Source of the DNA: Leptolyngbyaceae cyanobacterium
Lineage (GTDB): Bacteria > Cyanobacteriota > Cyanobacteriia > Phormidesmidales > Phormidesmidaceae
Length of the DNA: 64,000 nt
NCBI GenBank assembly: GCA_965263355.1
Contig: CBDHHL010000056.1
Span: 544,001 to 608,000, forward strand
Reading direction: 5' to 3'
Positions 10,022 to 19,259 of this stretch are shown here, piece after piece. Both the position numbers and the translations under genes were made by a program. The notes beneath the pieces are model-generated. The model saw only the letters and a list, made by a program, of their open reading frames with translations. It made no database searches and was not told the DNA's origin. Within the stretch, counting starts at the first letter, position 1. Each line of letters begins with the position of its first letter.

Positions 10022-13000
10022 CTACACGATGTTGGTAAAGCTACTTTCTGTTAGGTTTTCTGTAGCTACCCCCTGCAATGTTGCTAAGACGCCATTGTCA
10101 ACAATGATGTCATTGCCAGCAAAGGTGAGCTGATTAAAGCTGAGACCACTGGACAAACTAATTAGATCGATACCCACCTTAAAGTCGGTAATAGTATCGA
10201 TACCGCTACCTACCATCAGGACAAAGGTGTTATAGCCCTGACCACCAGCAAGAACATCATTGCCAGCCCCACCGTCTAGGACGTCGTTCCCCGTCCCGCC
10301 AATCAACATATCGGTACCGATACCGCCTTTTAAGGTGTCGTTACCAATGCCCCCTTGGAGGAAGTCGTCGCCACTGTTGCCAAACAGCAAGTCGTCGCCC
10401 ATGCCACCCTTGACAGTGTCATGATCACCACCTCCCTTGAGGGTATCCTGACCCTGGCCACCAAACACCTTGTCGTTGCCAGTGCCTCCCTTAAGCTGAT
10501 CGTTACCGACACCCCCATCCAGGTCGTCGTTACCGTCTCCACCGTTGAGGATGTCGTTACCAATGCCCCCCTGGAGAAAGTCGTCGCCACTGTGACCAAA
10601 AAGTCGGTCGTCGCCCATGCCGCCCTTAACGGTGTCATCGCCACTACCCCCTCTAAGGGTGTCCTGACCCTGACCGCCAAACAACGTGTCGTTATCAGCA
10701 TTTCCTCGAAGCAGATCATTACCGGCACCACTATCTAAATTGTCGTTACCGTCTCCACCTCTTAAGGTGTCGTCACCAACACCATCTTTGAGAACATCGT
10801 CGCCCGTGCTACCCACAAGCAGGTCATTGCCGGGGCCACCCCTTAAGGTGTCATTGCCACCCTGACCGTGAATAATTTGGTCACCTGGGCCACCCACAAT
10901 GGTGTCGTCAGCATTAGTCCCCATAATGGTTTCTGCTGCCTCAAACAGCGGTATTACCTGGCCACGAATTGCACCGGGCGTCTTCAGTGCATCAGACTCG
11001 ACAGTGTGAATCTGAATGTAGAGTTCACCGGCTTGCAGTTCGTCAAGAAAGTCGCTGAGGGGCTTTGTTTCAGGATCGTCATCGGTATCGCCGTCGCCAT
11101 TCAGGTCAGTGGCATCGGCATCATTCCAGATACCGGTGATAATGCCGTTCTCAAAGTCAACAACAAGATTGTCGTCATCCTCACTGGGTAAGCCAAAAAT
11201 ATTTAAGGTATGGGGTCCATTTTCACCTTCGGGCCCCAAGTGTAAATGAATGCGCGTGACATCATTGGCTTCGGTGCGGCTGGCACTATCTTCCTTGAGG
11301 GCTAACCCTTCAAGCTTAATCTGATAGGCTAGGCCGCTGCCATCTTCTGCCAAGATAAATGTAGCGGTTGCACCTGCAGTGGAGTCAGGAATAGCGTCAT
11401 CTTGAACAACCTGTTCACCATCGGCTACCAGGGTAAACACGTCTGCTTTTAGGGGTGGCTCAATCTGACCACGAACACCACCAAGGATGCCTAATCTATC
11501 AGATTTCGCATCGTGGATTTGAACATAGAGGTCACCTGCCTCTAGCTCATCTAAAAAGTCGCTAAAGGCCTTAGATTCAGGACCATCATTGGTGTCACCG
11601 TCGCCGTTCAGGTCAGTGGCATCATCATCATCCCAAAAACCTTTGAGAATACCGTTCTCAAAGTCAACTTCAAGATCGTTGTCATCTTCACTGGGAAGAC
11701 CAAAGATATTTAAGGTATGGGGACCATTTTCACCCACAGGCCCGCTATGGATATGAATCTTGGTGACATCATTGTCCTCAGTACGGCTGGTCGGATCTGC
11801 TTTGAGGGTTAAACCATCAATGTCGATCTCATAGGCCAGGCCGTCTTTAGTGCGCGTAAAGCTAGCCTTGGCAGTGGCGGTCGAATCAGGAATAGAGTCA
11901 TCTTGAACAACCTGTTCACCATCGCCCACTAGCGTAAAGTTATCCACTTCGTCGATGGGGATAATCTGACCACGGGCACTGCCTGGGGTACCCAGTCGGT
12001 CGGATTCAACATCGTGGATTTGGATATAAAGATCACCGGCCCGCAAAGCTTCCAGAAACTCATTGAGGGGTTTGGATTCGGGACCGTCAGCGGTATCGCC
12101 ATCACCGTTGAGGTCTCTGGCATCATCGTTGTCCCACTGACCGGTAATGATCCCGTTCTCATAGTCCACTATGAGATTGTTGTCATCTTCGCTAGGCAGG
12201 CCAAAAATATTCAGGGTGTGGGGACCATTGGCACCGCGTTCACCGGCATGGATGTGAATACGAGTGACATCGTTGTCTGCGGTCCGATCGTCGGGGTTTT
12301 CCTTGAGGGTGAGATCATTGAGTTTGATTTGGTAGGCCAAGCCGCTGCCGTCTTCTGCCAGAATAAAGGTGACGGTAGCTGTGGCATCACTATCGGCAAT
12401 GGCTGGATCTTGAACGACTTGGGGACCGTTTGCGATCGCAACAAAAACCTCCTGCGTCGACGCCATTGGTTTAGTCACCGATGGATCCAGCTGGCCCCGC
12501 ACAGTACCGGGAGTACCGAGCTGATCGGTAGCCACATCATGGAGCTGCAGATAAAGCTGCCGCGCTTTTAACTCATCAATCAGCTGGCTTAATGGTTTAG
12601 TCTCGGGCGGATCATCGGTATCGCCATCCCCAGTTAGATCAACGGCATCATCATCTCCCCAGACACCAACAATCACGTTCTGTTGATGGTCAACCAACAA
12701 ATTATTGTCATCTTCGCTAGGAAGACCAAAGATATTCAGGGCGTGGGGACCGTTTAGACCTTCGGCCCCCTGATGTAGGTGAATCTTAGTAACATCATTA
12801 TCTGCCGTGCGCTTGGCAGGGTCCGCTTCCAGATTTAGGCCATCCAGTTCGATTTGATAGGCCAGCAGTTCCCCATGCTTAAGGGGCGTAAATGTCGCTT
12901 TTGCTGTAGCCGTGGAGTCAGGAATAGACGACGGTTGAACTACCTTGTCACCTTCAGCTAGCAGGGTAAAACTGTTGTCAGATTTGAGGGGCGTAATCTG

Positions 13001-13537
13001 TCCCCTAACTACACCGGGGGTACCCAGCTGGTCCGATGCCACATCGTGTACCTGGATGTAGAGTTCGCCTGCGTCTAAGGCGTCAAGAAATTCGCTTAAG
13101 GGTTTGGATTCAGGGTCATCATTGGTGTCACCATCGCCATTGAGATCCTTGGCATCCCGATCTTGCCAGATACCTGTGATGATGTTGTTTTCATAATCAA
13201 CGACCAAATCGTCGTCATCTTCACTAGGCTTACCAAAAATATTCAGGGTATGGCCACCATTAGTGCCGGGAGCCCCGACATGGAAATGAATCTTAGTAAC
13301 GTCGTTGGCTTCGGTGCGGCTAAGGGGATCTGCCTTAAGATTCAAACCATTGAGTTGGATTTTATAAGCTAACCCGCTATTATCTTCCGCCATAAGCAGT
13401 GTGACGATGGCAGTAGCGGTGGAATCAGTGATGGTTTCATCTTGCACCACCTGCTCCCCATCAGCTAGTGCAAGAAAGGCAGGTGTGGATTTATCTATTC
13501 CTGAAGGAGCTAGGCGATCAGTCATGGGTTCTAACAA
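10022..13537 (-). CDS. Secreted protein with five tandem CHRD domains and C-terminal RTX calcium-binding repeats
   Basis: Five repeats of IHxHxG...LY[IVL]Q[VIL]H...RGQ; many GGxGxDxLx nonapeptides; terminal DTITDF...D.I.L segment typical of type I secretion substrates. Likely ATG at 13525. Confidence 0.88.
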   Translation of the reverse strand: MLEPMTDRLAPSGIDKSTPAFLALADGEQVVQDETITDSTATAIVTLLMAEDNSGLAYKIQLNGLNLKADPLSRTEANDVTKIHFHVGAPGTNGGHTLNIFGKPSEDDDDLVVDYENNIITGIWQDRDAKDLNGDGDTNDDPESKPLSEFLDALDAGELYIQVHDVASDQLGTPGVVRGQITPLKSDNSFTLLAEGDKVVQPSSIPDSTATAKATFTPLKHGELLAYQIELDGLNLEADPAKRTADNDVTKIHLHQGAEGLNGPHALNIFGLPSEDDNNLLVDHQQNVIVGVWGDDDAVDLTGDGDTDDPPETKPLSQLIDELKARQLYLQLHDVATDQLGTPGTVRGQLDPSVTKPMASTQEVFVAIANGPQVVQDPAIADSDATATVTFILAEDGSGLAYQIKLNDLTLKENPDDRTADNDVTRIHIHAGERGANGPHTLNIFGLPSEDDNNLIVDYENGIITGQWDNDDARDLNGDGDTADGPESKPLNEFLEALRAGDLYIQIHDVESDRLGTPGSARGQIIPIDEVDNFTLVGDGEQVVQDDSIPDSTATAKASFTRTKDGLAYEIDIDGLTLKADPTSRTEDNDVTKIHIHSGPVGENGPHTLNIFGLPSEDDNDLEVDFENGILKGFWDDDDATDLNGDGDTNDGPESKAFSDFLDELEAGDLYVQIHDAKSDRLGILGGVRGQIEPPLKADVFTLVADGEQVVQDDAIPDSTAGATATFILAEDGSGLAYQIKLEGLALKEDSASRTEANDVTRIHLHLGPEGENGPHTLNIFGLPSEDDDNLVVDFENGIITGIWNDADATDLNGDGDTDDDPETKPLSDFLDELQAGELYIQIHTVESDALKTPGAIRGQVIPLFEAAETIMGTNADDTIVGGPGDQIIHGQGGNDTLRGGPGNDLLVGSTGDDVLKDGVGDDTLRGGDGNDNLDSGAGNDLLRGNADNDTLFGGQGQDTLRGGSGDDTVKGGMGDDRLFGHSGDDFLQGGIGNDILNGGDGNDDLDGGVGNDQLKGGTGNDKVFGGQGQDTLKGGGDHDTVKGGMGDDLLFGNSGDDFLQGGIGNDTLKGGIGTDMLIGGTGNDVLDGGAGNDVLAGGQGYNTFVLMVGSGIDTITDFKVGIDLISLSSGLSFNQLTFAGNDIIVDNGVLATLQGVATENLTESSFTNIV

Positions 13538-13797
13538 CTTATTGGGTGGTTCCTACGTGAAAATTCTGACCCTAGATAAGACTCTAGCTAAATTAACGGG
13601 CAGAAATATCAAGGGGATATCAAATTCAAGCAGGCAAAATAAAATAAGTTATGAAGTCTAGGCTATGGATAACCCTTAACGGGTGAGGGCTTCCTGAGTT
13701 TCACTTAGTATCATTTATCGACTGAAATCAAGATAGAGATGACTATGTGGGGACCATCCTCTATTCAGATAAACGTTATGTCATGTGCTACACATTG

Positions 13798-14349
13798 TTA
13801 TGCTGCGACTTTTTGTGCTAATTCGAGAATTTTATTAGCAGAGCGTAAGTTCCGAGCTGTAGCACTTACACCAAGCACCTTTTCAACACTACGGGCTAAC
13901 TTAGATCGGGCCACTCCATTGGGAGCATAAAGGTAGAACGTGTTGCCCACTAACTTACACACCTCTGATTCATGGGCAAGTGCTGCGGCTGCCTCGATTT
14001 TTTGTTCTTCAGGTTCATGGGCCAGGAAATACAAATGAACCGATTTAGGATCATCAGCATGGGAATCAAATGGATTGTTGCTAATGGCCAAGTTCAATTG
14101 ATTAACGTTCAGAATGTGGACACTAGGGGTAAACCCATGGCTTTGCTCAATGGCCGCACTGATAGCAGATGAGAGTTTATCTTTGTCCACGGCCTCAGAT
14201 TGAAAAACAACATTGCCGCTCTGAATATAGGTTTGAATCTGCTTGAGACCAATTTGTGACAAAACGTCTCGCAGATCTTTCATTGCGATAACATTCTTTC
14301 CACCCACATTGATGCCACGCAGTAGTGCCACAAAGGTAGTTAAACCCAT
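13798..14349 (-). CDS. DUF1697 family protein
   Basis: ALLRGINVGGKN, TYIQSGNVVF and TARN signatures; ATG at 14349. Confidence 0.9.
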   Translation of the reverse strand: MGLTTFVALLRGINVGGKNVIAMKDLRDVLSQIGLKQIQTYIQSGNVVFQSEAVDKDKLSSAISAAIEQSHGFTPSVHILNVNQLNLAISNNPFDSHADDPKSVHLYFLAHEPEEQKIEAAAALAHESEVCKLVGNTFYLYAPNGVARSKLARSVEKVLGVSATARNLRSANKILELAQKVAA

Positions 14350-14526
14350 ACTCACACCAAGTCTCCAGCTTATTTTGAGGGGGCATGGAGCATCACTATA
14401 GCATCATTTAATTTTTCGGCGACAATGCCCTTGATGCACTTCTAGCACAGACAAAAAAGCCACCCGGTCAAGATAGCATTGTTAAATTTTCTCTATTAGA
14501 TATGTAACACAGTATCTTGTATAATA

Positions 14527-14730
14527 ATGAGCTTAAAAACACAACCCAACGATACCAATGTTGGCCAGTTTATCCAGTCAGTAGAAAAATGAGCAGCGTC
14601 GTAGCGACTGCTTGGCCCTATTGCCGATTGTGCAGCGTATTACCCAAAAGAGCCCATAATGTGGGGAGATAACATTATTGGGTTTGACAGCTACCATTAC
14701 GAAAATAGAAGTGGACGGGGCGGGGAGACG
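14527..14730 (+). pseudogene. DUF1801-family gene remnant (two frameshifts, 3' truncated)
   Basis: Pieced frames give MSLKTQPNDTNVGQFIQSVE / NEQRRSDCLALLPIVQRITQK / EPIMWGDNIIGFDSYHYENRSGRGGE, resembling the DUF1801 N-terminus. Confidence 0.75.
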
Positions 14731-14751
14731 CGCTCAGTTATCCCTCCATTA

Positions 14752-15498
14752 CTAGAACTTGCCGCCATTTACCCATTCCTGCTTTGGAGGGATAGGCTCT
14801 TGATTGGCCCATAGCTCTTCAATCTGTCCGTTTTGTAAGCGGAAAAGGTCAAACCGTGCGATTTCCTGATCGTCTTGTAATATTCGGCTATAGGCAACGA
14901 CAAAATTACCCTGTCCAATAATTTTAAAGACCTGGTTATAAGCCCCCACGTATTCATCCAAGGAACCAGCATCCGATGAGCAATGAATCACTAGTGCATC
15001 ACGGTTGAGGTAAGACTCTAGCTTATCTTTTTGACCTAAAACCATCACGTTACACATGAAATCACGAATGATCTCTTTATTCTCATCGGTTGCATCAATA
15101 TCCTGGACTTCGACTGGGCCATTAATTTGATCATGGTCAGCATCAGCCTCAGACTCAAATGCTGAGATTACGTCCCAATGTTCAATGATTTTATCGTCCT
15201 GGTCGGTGTCAAATAAATCGGTGGTGACCCACTTTGCTGCGCCGTTATTGATATCTTGAAAGGCCTGTAGAAACACATATTGCCCGTCAATGATTGATCG
15301 AATAATACGGATATCCCTGACGGGATAGCGTTCAAGAAACGATTCAAAGAATTCAATAAATCCTTCAATGCCGTTTTTTACACCCGTACTGTGCTGGGTG
15401 TAGCGTATTCCAGTGTATTTGGTCACGGCCTCACGGGCGTTGCCGTCACGAATACCTTCCATGTAAAGGTTGGTGGCATTTTGCAGTTTTTGGTTCAT
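14752..15498 (-). CDS. Tandem SnoaL-like / NTF2-fold protein
   Basis: YTQHS...G.EGF, DLF...KIIEHWDV, repeated as FDLFRLQNGQIEELW. Confidence 0.85.
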   Translation of the reverse strand: MNQKLQNATNLYMEGIRDGNAREAVTKYTGIRYTQHSTGVKNGIEGFIEFFESFLERYPVRDIRIIRSIIDGQYVFLQAFQDINNGAAKWVTTDLFDTDQDDKIIEHWDVISAFESEADADHDQINGPVEVQDIDATDENKEIIRDFMCNVMVLGQKDKLESYLNRDALVIHCSSDAGSLDEYVGAYNQVFKIIGQGNFVVAYSRILQDDQEIARFDLFRLQNGQIEELWANQEPIPPKQEWVNGGKF

Positions 15499-15553
15499 TG
15501 GAATTTTCTCGTGGGAAGTTAACGACAGAATTGCGCCGCGATCAAAATCTAGT

Positions 15554-16408
15554 TTAAGACGTTTGCCTTAAACCCATAAAATAATCTTGCCAACGTTGGT
15601 GTGGTCTACCGGCAGCAGCGGCAAAATCACTGGGGTTATCCGCTTCACCGGCTCGAATACCGGCATAAATGCCTGCAATCACAGTACCCAGAAACTCACC
15701 TAACCCGGCCACACAGTCACGTTGATACTCTTCTATCGTCATGGCACGGTAGGTCAATTGAGTGCCAAAGGCTAAATTCAAATACTCAGCTAACGCTGAT
15801 TGGGTAATGGCTTCACCATGCAGATTGTAGGTATTGCCATTGTGCTTGTCCTCAGTCAACATCCTGGCATAGGCATAGGCTAGCTCAGGGCGAGTGGTAT
15901 AGCCGCACTTGCCTGTCCCAGCGCAGTTTACGATCTCTCCTACTTGTTTGTAGGTTTCGATGTAGTCCACATCGGGTTCAATATAGATGCCATTGCGGCC
16001 AATGACCCATTGCAAACCGCTGTTGCGAACATCCTGTTCGGTTTGGCGATTGCTTTGAATAACAGGACTAAAGGTAGTGCCTTCATCAGCACCTTGGACG
16101 CTGGTGTAGACAAGTTTGGTAACGCCTGCGGCTTTGGCGGCTTCAATTACGTTGCGATGTTGGCCGATGCGTTTATCTGGGGCATCCATGCCGGATACCA
16201 ACAGTACCCTGTCTATCCCCTGCAGTGAGACCTCTAGCTCCTCTCGATTGTTATAATCGCCCTTGCGGATCTCTACATTGAGATGAGCGGCTTTAGCCGG
16301 TGTCCGGGCCAGACCGATAACGTTTTCTTTTCCAATTAGGGTGCAAGTGGCTTTAACGATTTCGCTACCTAGTTTTCCACTGGCTGCTGTGATGGCAATT
16401 TTGACCAT
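15554..16408 (-). CDS. NmrA-like / atypical SDR NAD(P)H-binding oxidoreductase (QOR2-like)
   Basis: IAITAASGKLG Rossmann motif, QHRNVIEAAKAAGV, RNGIY. Confidence 0.85.
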   Translation of the reverse strand: MVKIAITAASGKLGSEIVKATCTLIGKENVIGLARTPAKAAHLNVEIRKGDYNNREELEVSLQGIDRVLLVSGMDAPDKRIGQHRNVIEAAKAAGVTKLVYTSVQGADEGTTFSPVIQSNRQTEQDVRNSGLQWVIGRNGIYIEPDVDYIETYKQVGEIVNCAGTGKCGYTTRPELAYAYARMLTEDKHNGNTYNLHGEAITQSALAEYLNLAFGTQLTYRAMTIEEYQRDCVAGLGEFLGTVIAGIYAGIRAGEADNPSDFAAAAGRPHQRWQDYFMGLRQTS

Positions 16409-16469
16409 AGATGTGTCTTATGTGGGGAATTTACAGACTGCCGAGGGCATTGCCCCCGGCCCTAATAGT

Positions 16470-17138
16470 TCAGATAAAGCGACGTTTGCGAGCAACGGAA
16501 CTAGCAAACATTAGTCCACCCACCAGCAACATAGGAACCGTTGACTGGGGTTCAGGTACGGATTTGGTTGTAAAGTTGATCTTCGCAGTGTCACCCAAAT
16601 TGGTTACGTCAGTGCCTTCGCCAAGTTCTACCAACAGACCGCCATTCTCAAATTCGATGGGGACAGGAATACCGATATCGAAAAGATCAGCGATGTCTAG
16701 GGAAAAACCTGGTTCTAAAACTTCAACATTGGCAAATTCATTTAACTCGTCTGAGCCATCCAGACTGGCTGAGGTAACGATGTTGCTGTCGAATCCGATA
16801 TAGTAGCGATCAAAGCGACCTGCAGGGGAAACTAAACTCGCTACCACACTATTATCCACCAGGGTCATGGTGAGAGAATCATCACTGATATTGATGTCGT
16901 ACAAGGAGGCGAAGGCCGAAAATTCAATATCATCGGCTACAAGCTCAGGGCCTGCAAAGTCGAAAACAGTCTCAATTCCACCTGTAATAACAGAGTCTTG
17001 AAACGTGTTAACAGCTGTTGCTGAATCTCCTAACACAGCTGCTTGAGCTGTCTCTACAGGAAGTACAACGGCCCCTAGGCTAAGGGAAAGTACTGCGATC
17101 GCAACAGCATGAATGCGGTCAAATGTTAAGTCCATCAT
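16470..17138 (-). CDS. PEP-CTERM sorting-domain protein
   Basis: Signal peptide ending AQA, acidic body, C-terminal VPEP, TM helix and RKRR. Confidence 0.9.
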   Translation of the reverse strand: MMDLTFDRIHAVAIAVLSLSLGAVVLPVETAQAAVLGDSATAVNTFQDSVITGGIETVFDFAGPELVADDIEFSAFASLYDINISDDSLTMTLVDNSVVASLVSPAGRFDRYYIGFDSNIVTSASLDGSDELNEFANVEVLEPGFSLDIADLFDIGIPVPIEFENGGLLVELGEGTDVTNLGDTAKINFTTKSVPEPQSTVPMLLVGGLMFASSVARKRRFI

Positions 17139-17254
17139 GATATTACCTATACCTAAGAAAGTAAACGTAATTGTTCAACTGAATACAATCCCCCAAGACT
17201 TAATAGCGTCTAGCGTTACAAACCATCACCCACCGCCGGACGGCATCTAATAAC

Positions 17255-17320
17255 ATCCTAAGTAAATTAACCGATATAATAAATGGTCAAAAATGCCAAT
17301 TTTTAGGGTCAAAAATGGAC
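17255..17320 (-). promoter_or_regulatory. Conserved promoter element copy 1 (putative AraC operator plus -10 box)
   Basis: CCGATATAATAAAT-GGTCAAAAATG-n11-GGTCAAAAATGGAC; minus-strand TAGGAT 24 nt from the proximal repeat. Confidence 0.7.
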
Positions 17321-17594
17321 TGCCGTTTTACCATAGGTATTCGCTAGCTTTCTTCCCAAAAACAGTTATCTCAAAGAACTCGATACAGGCTCGTTGTCAA
17401 TAAAATGTTGTCAATAAAATAAAGATAAAGAATCCATGACTGACTAGGGAAGCTTGAAGTGACAATGATCAATAAGAACTCCATCGACTGTTGTTACGAG
17501 TTTTTACTTTAGACAGAGAATCTTTACACCTTAATCTGAAGCTAAACTGGTTGGCTACACAATTTTGATTGTTCAAAGGGAATAGGAGCCTACA

Positions 17595-19208
17595 GTGAAT
17601 CCAATTCAGATCGCTACCTGGGATGAGGTGCCCGATCGTCAGCCGATGGCTGCGATCGCAGAGGGCGTTGATCTCGTCATTGTGCGTTGGGACGATAATG
17701 TTTCTGTTCTTTATGGTCGCTGTCAGCATCGCGGTGCCCTGATGGCCGATGGCTATATTGAAGGCGACAATATTATCTGCGGTGTTCACCAGTGGGACTA
17801 TCGCTTTGACAGCGGCGTCAGCGCCTATAGCAACGACGAATATTTAGATAAGTTCCATGCCTGGGTAGAGGACGATGGCGTATTTGTGGATGCCGCTGAA
17901 ATCATTGCCTGGAAGGAAGACCATCCCCAGCCCTATGATCGCGATGCCTACCAGGGAGCCTATGCCGATATCCATGGCACCATAGAAGAACCCCACACTA
18001 AACTCATTCACGAACTAGCCGCCAATGGCCTAAGTAAAACCGGACACCACGGCCCGGTAGCCGCCATGGGTGTTCCAGGTCCAGAATTGCCCCGTTGGGA
18101 GAATCTACAGTTTGTCACTGCACAGCTGGCCCGATTGCCCCAGTTAGAAGAGATTCCCGTGGCAACAGAGCTGGTGATTGGTCCCCGAGCCAAGCAGCCC
18201 CTCAAGTTAGACATGCCCATTTTTGTTTCAGACATGAGCTTTGGAGCCCTATCAGAAGAGGCTAAGATCGCCCTGGCTAAAGGTGCAGAATTAGCGGGCA
18301 CTGGCATCTGTTCTGGTGAGGGGGGCATGCTACCAGAGGAACAAGGTAACAACAGCCGCTACTTTTACGAATTAGCCTCTGCCCGATTTGGGTTTTCCTT
18401 GGAGAAACTGACACAGGTGCAGGCATTCCACTTTAAGTGTGGTCAGGGGGCTAAGACCGGCACAGGAGGACACCTGCCTGGCCATAAGGTAAAAGGCAAA
18501 ATTGCAGAAGTGCGGGGCCTGAAGGAAGGAGAACCTGCCGTTTCTCCACCTCGTTTTCCTGACTGGGAATCTGTTGAGGATTTTCGCAACTTTGCCGCAA
18601 CAGTGCGGGATATAACAGGCGGTATTCCTATCGGGGTCAAACTATCTGCACAACACATTGAGCAAGATATTGAAGCCGCTCTCCGCATTGGAGTGGATTA
18701 TATTATCTTGGATGGTCGTGGGGGTGGTACCGGTGCGGCTCCGCTGATCTTCCGAGATAACATTTCCGTGCCAACAATTCCAGCCCTGGCACGGGCAAGA
18801 AAATATTTGGATCAGCGCGGTGCCAGTCACGTCACCCTGATTATTACCGGCGGCCTCCGCACCCCTGCAGACTTTACCAAGGCCCTGGCCCTGGGTGCAG
18901 ACGGTATTGCTGTATCCAATGCGGCGATTCAGGCCATTGGCTGTTTGGGCATGCGGGCCTGTCACACCAACAATTGTCCGGTGGGCATTGCTACCCAGAA
19001 AGAGAATTTGCGATCGCGCCTGATCATCGACGATGCGGCCCTACGGCTGCAGCGATTCTTCAATGCCTCGGTGGAACTTATGCAGGTACTTGCCCGTGCC
19101 TGTGGTCATACCCATCTCAATCAGTTTTGTCAGGATGACTTAACCACCTGGGATCGAGAAATGGCCTACCTTGCAGGTGTTAACTATGCCGGTGTGACGC
19201 CATTGTAA
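17595..19208 (+). CDS. Rieske [2Fe-2S] domain fused to an FMN-binding glutamate-synthase-like domain
   Basis: Rieske CQH...CGVH; MSFGALS, SGEGG, GQGAK, DGRGGGTG; [3Fe-4S] motif CLGMRACHTNNCP. Confidence 0.92.
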   Translation: MNPIQIATWDEVPDRQPMAAIAEGVDLVIVRWDDNVSVLYGRCQHRGALMADGYIEGDNIICGVHQWDYRFDSGVSAYSNDEYLDKFHAWVEDDGVFVDAAEIIAWKEDHPQPYDRDAYQGAYADIHGTIEEPHTKLIHELAANGLSKTGHHGPVAAMGVPGPELPRWENLQFVTAQLARLPQLEEIPVATELVIGPRAKQPLKLDMPIFVSDMSFGALSEEAKIALAKGAELAGTGICSGEGGMLPEEQGNNSRYFYELASARFGFSLEKLTQVQAFHFKCGQGAKTGTGGHLPGHKVKGKIAEVRGLKEGEPAVSPPRFPDWESVEDFRNFAATVRDITGGIPIGVKLSAQHIEQDIEAALRIGVDYIILDGRGGGTGAAPLIFRDNISVPTIPALARARKYLDQRGASHVTLIITGGLRTPADFTKALALGADGIAVSNAAIQAIGCLGMRACHTNNCPVGIATQKENLRSRLIIDDAALRLQRFFNASVELMQVLARACGHTHLNQFCQDDLTTWDREMAYLAGVNYAGVTPL

Positions 19209-19259
19209 CTAGACTCGAATTAATTATTATCCCCCCGCTGTCTAATCAGGAGAACGTTT

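Noticed and set aside
10330..12571. Overlapping ORFs within the CHRD/RTX gene
   Set aside because: Shadow frames produced by repetitive, codon-biased sequence
17595..19208. Canonical glutamate synthase gltB/glsF
   Set aside because: Only 537 aa; lacks amidotransferase, central and GXGXG domains
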